A stretch of DNA of 63,886 nucleotides, filler included, from Thelocarpon superellum (taxonomy: Eukaryota), in assembly GCA_026025795.1 (NCBI GenBank). It is 6 parts of 6 records of this genome, joined end to end, with 100 filler letters (N's around TTAATTAATTAA, not from the genome) between each part and the next. Parts side by side here need not be neighbours in the genome. Positions count along the whole stretch, not along the records: positions 54,746 to 63,886 come from JAPEUG010000576.1; 5 more parts are not named here. One strand, 5' to 3'. The notes under the pieces are model-generated. The model saw nothing but the letters and a program-made list of their open reading frames with translations, was not told where the DNA came from and made no database searches. The translations under genes were made by a program, and so were the position numbers. Positions 59,421-63,886 of the stretch are shown piece by piece (the first letter of the stretch is position 1; each line of letters opens with the position of its first letter).

Positions 59421-61137
59421 GGCGGGCTACGGGTGGTCATTTGGATTATGAGTTCCTCGGGTGCGCATCCTAGGTGGAGCTGAACCGTCCGTACCATAGG
59501 CCATTAGTAATGTGGGTCCGACCATTCACGGCTGCCTTGTTTCGTGTCATGAGCAGGGGTTGGAGTTGGATCTTGACCTAAAACTTCCGTACCTAATCTG
59601 TTCACGGACGACGAAATCAAGAGCACCAACCTTCCCAGTGATCAATCAACGTCCGTGAGAATCCTAGAGCTGTGCTGGAGGTGCAAGGCAGGGGACCCAG
59701 GGGCCAGGCGCAGTAGATCTTTCGAGTCGACATATGCGTGGAAAACGGGACGTCCCGTCGAAGACCGGGTCAGGGTGCCGTCAGGACCAGTTGCAATGCT
59801 GGGCGGCCTGAACGGCGACTCGCTCTTCTGTAAGATATGCTTGTATACCATCAGGAGCGCCCCATGTCTACAGAGTAACATTGATGAGTTGGCATGGTCA
59901 TCGACCCTCCGGATCTTTCAGATCTTAGAGATGAGACGGCCGTGAAAGTTTCGTCGTCGAGTCTACAGGGCTGGAATGTGATCAGGCAGTACTCCGTCGA
60001 GGAACCGAACAGACGATCGGAGCAGCTGGTGGTGCCGGCTTTGTCGCCGCCGTCGTCGGACATCGGTAAATGAAGGATTGGATTAACGACGGGGACGAGC
60101 ATGGGGAAGCGAACGCACAGGCACTGCGTTAAACCCCCCTCAGCCTGACACTCAGGCGGCGGCCTAACACCCCGCCTGCCGTACCGCGGTGCTCTATCGC
60201 CGCACTCCCGTACTGCCGTCGTCGTTTGACTACCTGCGACCCCTGGGGTTTCAGGACGACGGCAATCCTCCGTCGTAAATGAACCAACCCCAATCGTTTA
60301 CGTCCCCTCGTATCGTGGAGGACCGTCATCTAATTTCCCGGGCGCCCTGTCTCCGCCGAACAGTGTGGCGTACGCTTGGGCCAACGCGTCTCGGCCCCAA
60401 GCGTGATCATGTCCGCGGTAAGATACACTGCGACCCGCGGTTTCAGTCCACTTCCTTCGCACAGGGCACGGCTTCAATTTGGACTTCGCGGGCCAGACAA
60501 GGTCCCGTGGGTCGCACATACGAGGATGACACTCCTACCTGCCCCCGTACTACGCGTGCGGAAGTGACTTGGACCTCTCCACGGTCCGGGGACATGGCGG
60601 ATTTGCCATGGAGGACCAAGCTTTGTTGATCTGGTGACTTGCCCGCGCTGATCGACCGTGGCTTTCCCTAGAATCACGTCTGCGCAATGCCGTCCTCATC
60701 GCGGTCACAAAGTGACGCGGCGCTGGCCCAGCGGTGGGCCGACGGTGGCCCGACGATGGCGTGTCAGCTATCACCAGGTAGCTCGTCGGCGGATAGCTCC
60801 CTGCACTACCCTGGCCACCCTAGTTCGATCGGGTCAGTCGATCTAAACCGACGCCTGTTGTTCTTCACATCCTAGCAGGTGGATTGAAACCCAGTGCCCC
60901 GATTGGTTTCATGATTCGAGCTTTGTGTCGATGCGTCTTCGTGGCGTCGTCTTCATTAGTGAGGGGCCGGGATGTGACCTGACCTTGCTGGGCGACATGT
61001 CTATCTTCCGTCCTCTATAAGAAGGGGAGCTTCGTCTGCTGCTGGTCAAGTACGTCTGCACAGGTCAGGTTTTACCTCTAAAATCCACACTCTTTGATAC
61101 CTTATCCATCGCCGGACGAGTCGTCACCCTTGCAATC

Positions 61138-61896
61138 ATGAAGGCCGGATCCCTCGCCATCTTCTTCTCTGCGCTGGCCGCTTCGGTCAGCGCCCAATCG
61201 TGCAATGCCGACACGCCAGCCCCTGTGCTTGCTCAGAGCGCCACATCCACGTCCACGTCCACGTCCACGTCCACGAGCGCCGCCGTCAAACCAACCCAGA
61301 CGTCTGCAGCGGTGCCCGGGGGGGCTTCCGGCCAAGCATCCACCACGGTGAGCACCCCGTGCCAACGAGCTCTGCCCACGTTTCTAACCTGACGTCCGCA
61401 GCGCTATTCGGACGGCCAGATGGGAGCCTGCGGCTGCGGCGATAGCAGCGGGACCATGTTCTCATGGCAAACGGGCATTTCCCCAACCTTCTTCACGGCC
61501 GCCGGCAGCTCCCCGATCTTTGGCAGCGGCACGTGGTGTGGCAGTGGGTGCGGGAAATGCTACCAGCTGACCAACACGGGCCAAACACCGACGGGCGGCG
61601 ACCCGGGCCCCGACGGTGCCGTCGTCAACGTCATGGTGACAAACCTCTGCCCGGCCCAGGGCAACGAGCAGTGGTGCTCGACGCCGAACCAATATGGCAT
61701 GGATGCGCATTTCGACATCATGGGCGGTGTTCCTGGATGGGGTAAGTGGCGTGTCACCAGTCTGCCCTCGACGTAGATGTCGGCGCTGACAGGGGTCATG
61801 GCAGATAACCCCATCGTCACGTACGAAGAGATTCCGTGCCCTGGCAGTGGCAACTCGCTCTTCTCCCAATGCCGATGCGCTTCTGGTGGCAGCTAA
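61138..61896 (+). CDS. Secreted GH45 endoglucanase (EGV-like, double-psi beta-barrel), no CBM
   Basis: Signal peptide, Thr/Ser linker, TT|RYSDGQMGACGCG, WCGSGCGKCYQLT, MVTNLCP, HFDIM, W|DNPIVTY; introns 61348-61401 and 61742-61804. Confidence 0.9.
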
Positions 61897-62363
61897 AAGG
61901 CGCCTACCGTCGTGTGAGACCAATCGACGGGTTCCATGGCCTCGACGGCGTGTGGTCTTGGCGTTGACATTGGCTTTGGCATTGGCATTGCTGGCAAGGC
62001 CGGCGCTGGATCAACGGATTATTATCTTCGCTTCAACCGATCCATTACTTCTACCTCCAAACTCATCTTCTTCTACTATGATATAGGCGTGTTCAGGTCT
62101 AAGGACACGTACACCAATTAACCCGAAATTTTTACTACTATCGGCAGGACGAAGTAGCTCTGACCGACGAGTGATGTGATGGAGAGATGTGTTGCAGAGG
62201 CGACATACCTCGCCTCGAGCACCTCTCATGACCAAATCGATGATGAGCGCGTGTCGTAAGACGCATCTCTGGAGTTATGCATGATATACATTGTTATGAT
62301 ACAAGTGTAGGAATCAGAGCTGAATTGCTAATCTACGCGTAGTCGGGATGGTAACAGGAGTGG

Positions 62364-62384
62364 GCACGTGACCAGGTCACGTGC
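62364..62384. promoter_or_regulatory. Perfect palindrome of two GTCACGTG E-boxes
   Basis: GCACGTGACC-A-GGTCACGTGC, 10-bp arms; bHLH (Cbf1/SREBP-type) consensus; function inferred. Confidence 0.5.
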
Positions 62385-63217
62385 GCGCTCCTACACAAGC
62401 ATAATTGGCCGGCCGAGATATGTCGTCTGTTCCAGGCAGGTCACAACGCCATGCTAGGTAGTGGGCGCTAGCCCGACTTATGCAAGCGAAAGCCAACTCG
62501 CACGGTTCCCAAACTCGTCAAAGTACGAAGTACGTACGAGGTACGATTACTTCGCACTGGTTGGCACGAGTTCCGCAGACCCCGGACGGAAGTACGAGGT
62601 ATGTCACAGGCAGATGCCATTCGCTTGAGCCGGCACTTTCCCCGTCATGCCATCCACTACCGCAACGTGGGTGCATAAGTCGATTCAAGCGGTGCTCAAT
62701 GGCTTGACTTCCCTTTGGAGAAATACAACGACTCCTTCCATGTTGGCTTGAACTTCCTGGTGATCAAGTACCCTCAATTTTTCATGTCATGGCAAGTTGC
62801 AAACCAGAATGGTAAGGCCTGACATGGCCCGGCATTCTCCGCCAAGGATACGCCTCCTGCCTAATTCCTCTCCCTGATCTCGGTAGCTCAAAGGGAAGGT
62901 CGGCCATCGTGGTGCTCCCCGCATGTGGACTTTTGGGGTTCTGCCTCATGCGGACAGGCTCATCCTCCACGACAGGATGATATGTGCTCTCTGCGCATGG
63001 TCTCGGCCACCTGACCTGGCAGGACGTGCGAGGTCGTGGGACGGCCATGACGAATGGACCGGACCATATAAAAGTCCCCTCACCGTCTCTCTCTCCGCCT
63101 CCCTCTCTCACTATCTGTACTATCCACGAGCTCACTGCTTACCTTTGCCTCCCTCTCCTCTCTCCTCCACTGTCGTTTGAGTCTCTAAATCTGTCCCGCC
63201 AAAGGCACCTCCTCATC

Positions 63218-63886
63218 ATGCATTTCAACGCTGCTTCTCTCGCCGTAACGGCGCTCCTGTCCGCGCTTGCCCCCGCCGCGGCAGCGCCGTCGTTGGTGCG
63301 CCGCCACGACATCCCAAGCAGCTCGGCCAAATTCAACGTCAAGGTCTGGTCGACCAACGGCACGATCGATGGCACATATCTTTTCCCCAATCCGTACAAT
63401 GGCCTCTTCACCAACAGCACAGGCAACACGTTCGGCACACAGATGCCCCGCGAGCTCGCGACGTTCTACCTCTCTCACGACGACGACAATGCAACGGACA
63501 CGAAAAACACAACTCTGAGCATGTTCGAACTGGTAAGTGGAAGTGGCGGTCTCGGAGGCACTTCGCTCCTTTCCTTTCCATCTATTTCACTCTACTCCAC
63601 TCCACTCCACTCCTCTCCCCGCCACTCCTCTCCTCTCCACTCCTCTCCACTCCTCTCCACTCCTCTCCACTCCTCTCCACTCCTCTCCACTCCTCTCCAC
63701 TCCACTCCACTTCACTCCACTCCACTCCACTCCACTCCACTCCCCTTTCTTGCATCCCCATTATAGCCGAACAGGGGCTGACTTGACCGTCGCGGTGCAC
63801 CAGCAAGCAAACGACTACACCACATACTGCCTTAACGTGATTGGCGGCAGCGGCGACCCTGAGGAGAACACTTCCTTGGAGGTGGC
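63218..63886 (+). CDS. Secreted protein of unknown function, 3' end off window
   Basis: Signal peptide MHFNAASLAVTALLSALAPAAAA then PSLVRR; TATAAAA at ~63067; predicted intron 63533-63803; exon 2 open to the window end (QANDYTTYCLNVIGGSGDPEENTSLEV). Confidence 0.7.
63590..63745. repeat. (CTCCA/CTCCT)n pentanucleotide array, intronic
   Basis: About 30 pentamer units seen directly inside the predicted intron. Confidence 0.93.

Noticed and set aside
62520..62602. Cluster of GTAC/AGTACGA motifs as a copper-response element
   Set aside because: GTAC CuREs are bound by plant/algal SBP factors; here it looks like a short low-complexity repeat

Overview
GC-rich, intron-containing DNA from a filamentous ascomycete (Pezizomycotina inferred from the gene set and GT-AG introns with CTRAC branch points). 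The window is not one locus. Six contigs are joined by identical 100-bp artificial spacers (44 N + TTAATTAATTAA + 44 N) and fall in decreasing length order (>=11007, 10914, 10782, 10773, 10769, >=9141 bp), so gene neighbourhood is meaningful only within a contig. Contig 1: partial TRF/Taz1-like Myb protein, GDT1, ascorbate-oxidase-like multicopper oxidase, Git3-type GPCR. Contig 2: Ppo dioxygenase-P450 fusion, TSC13, GPI-anchored Ser/Thr-rich protein, 3' part of a P450. Contig 3: 20-Cys secreted protein, SDR pseudogene, complex I NDUFS7/PSST, EamA transporter, COQ2, PhiA-like secreted protein. Contig 4: NUP188, amino acid permease. Contig 5: 3' part of UGGT, Reb1-like Myb protein, small secreted orphan, CorA-like protein, and a decayed NLR-like gene (N-terminal helical domain plus ankyrin repeats) that the ORF track captures only as unrecognisable fragments. 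Contig 6: DUF2235 hydrolase, thaumatin-like protein, GH45 endoglucanase, partial secreted orphan. The best leads are the modular Cys-rich secreted protein with a possibly Kex2-released C-terminal peptide, the Ppo with mixed PpoA/PpoC signatures, the NLR relic, and a possible splice switch on the CorA-like tail. No rRNA, tRNA, CRISPR array or intact transposon was recognised. Family calls rest on motif recognition and recall, not database searches.
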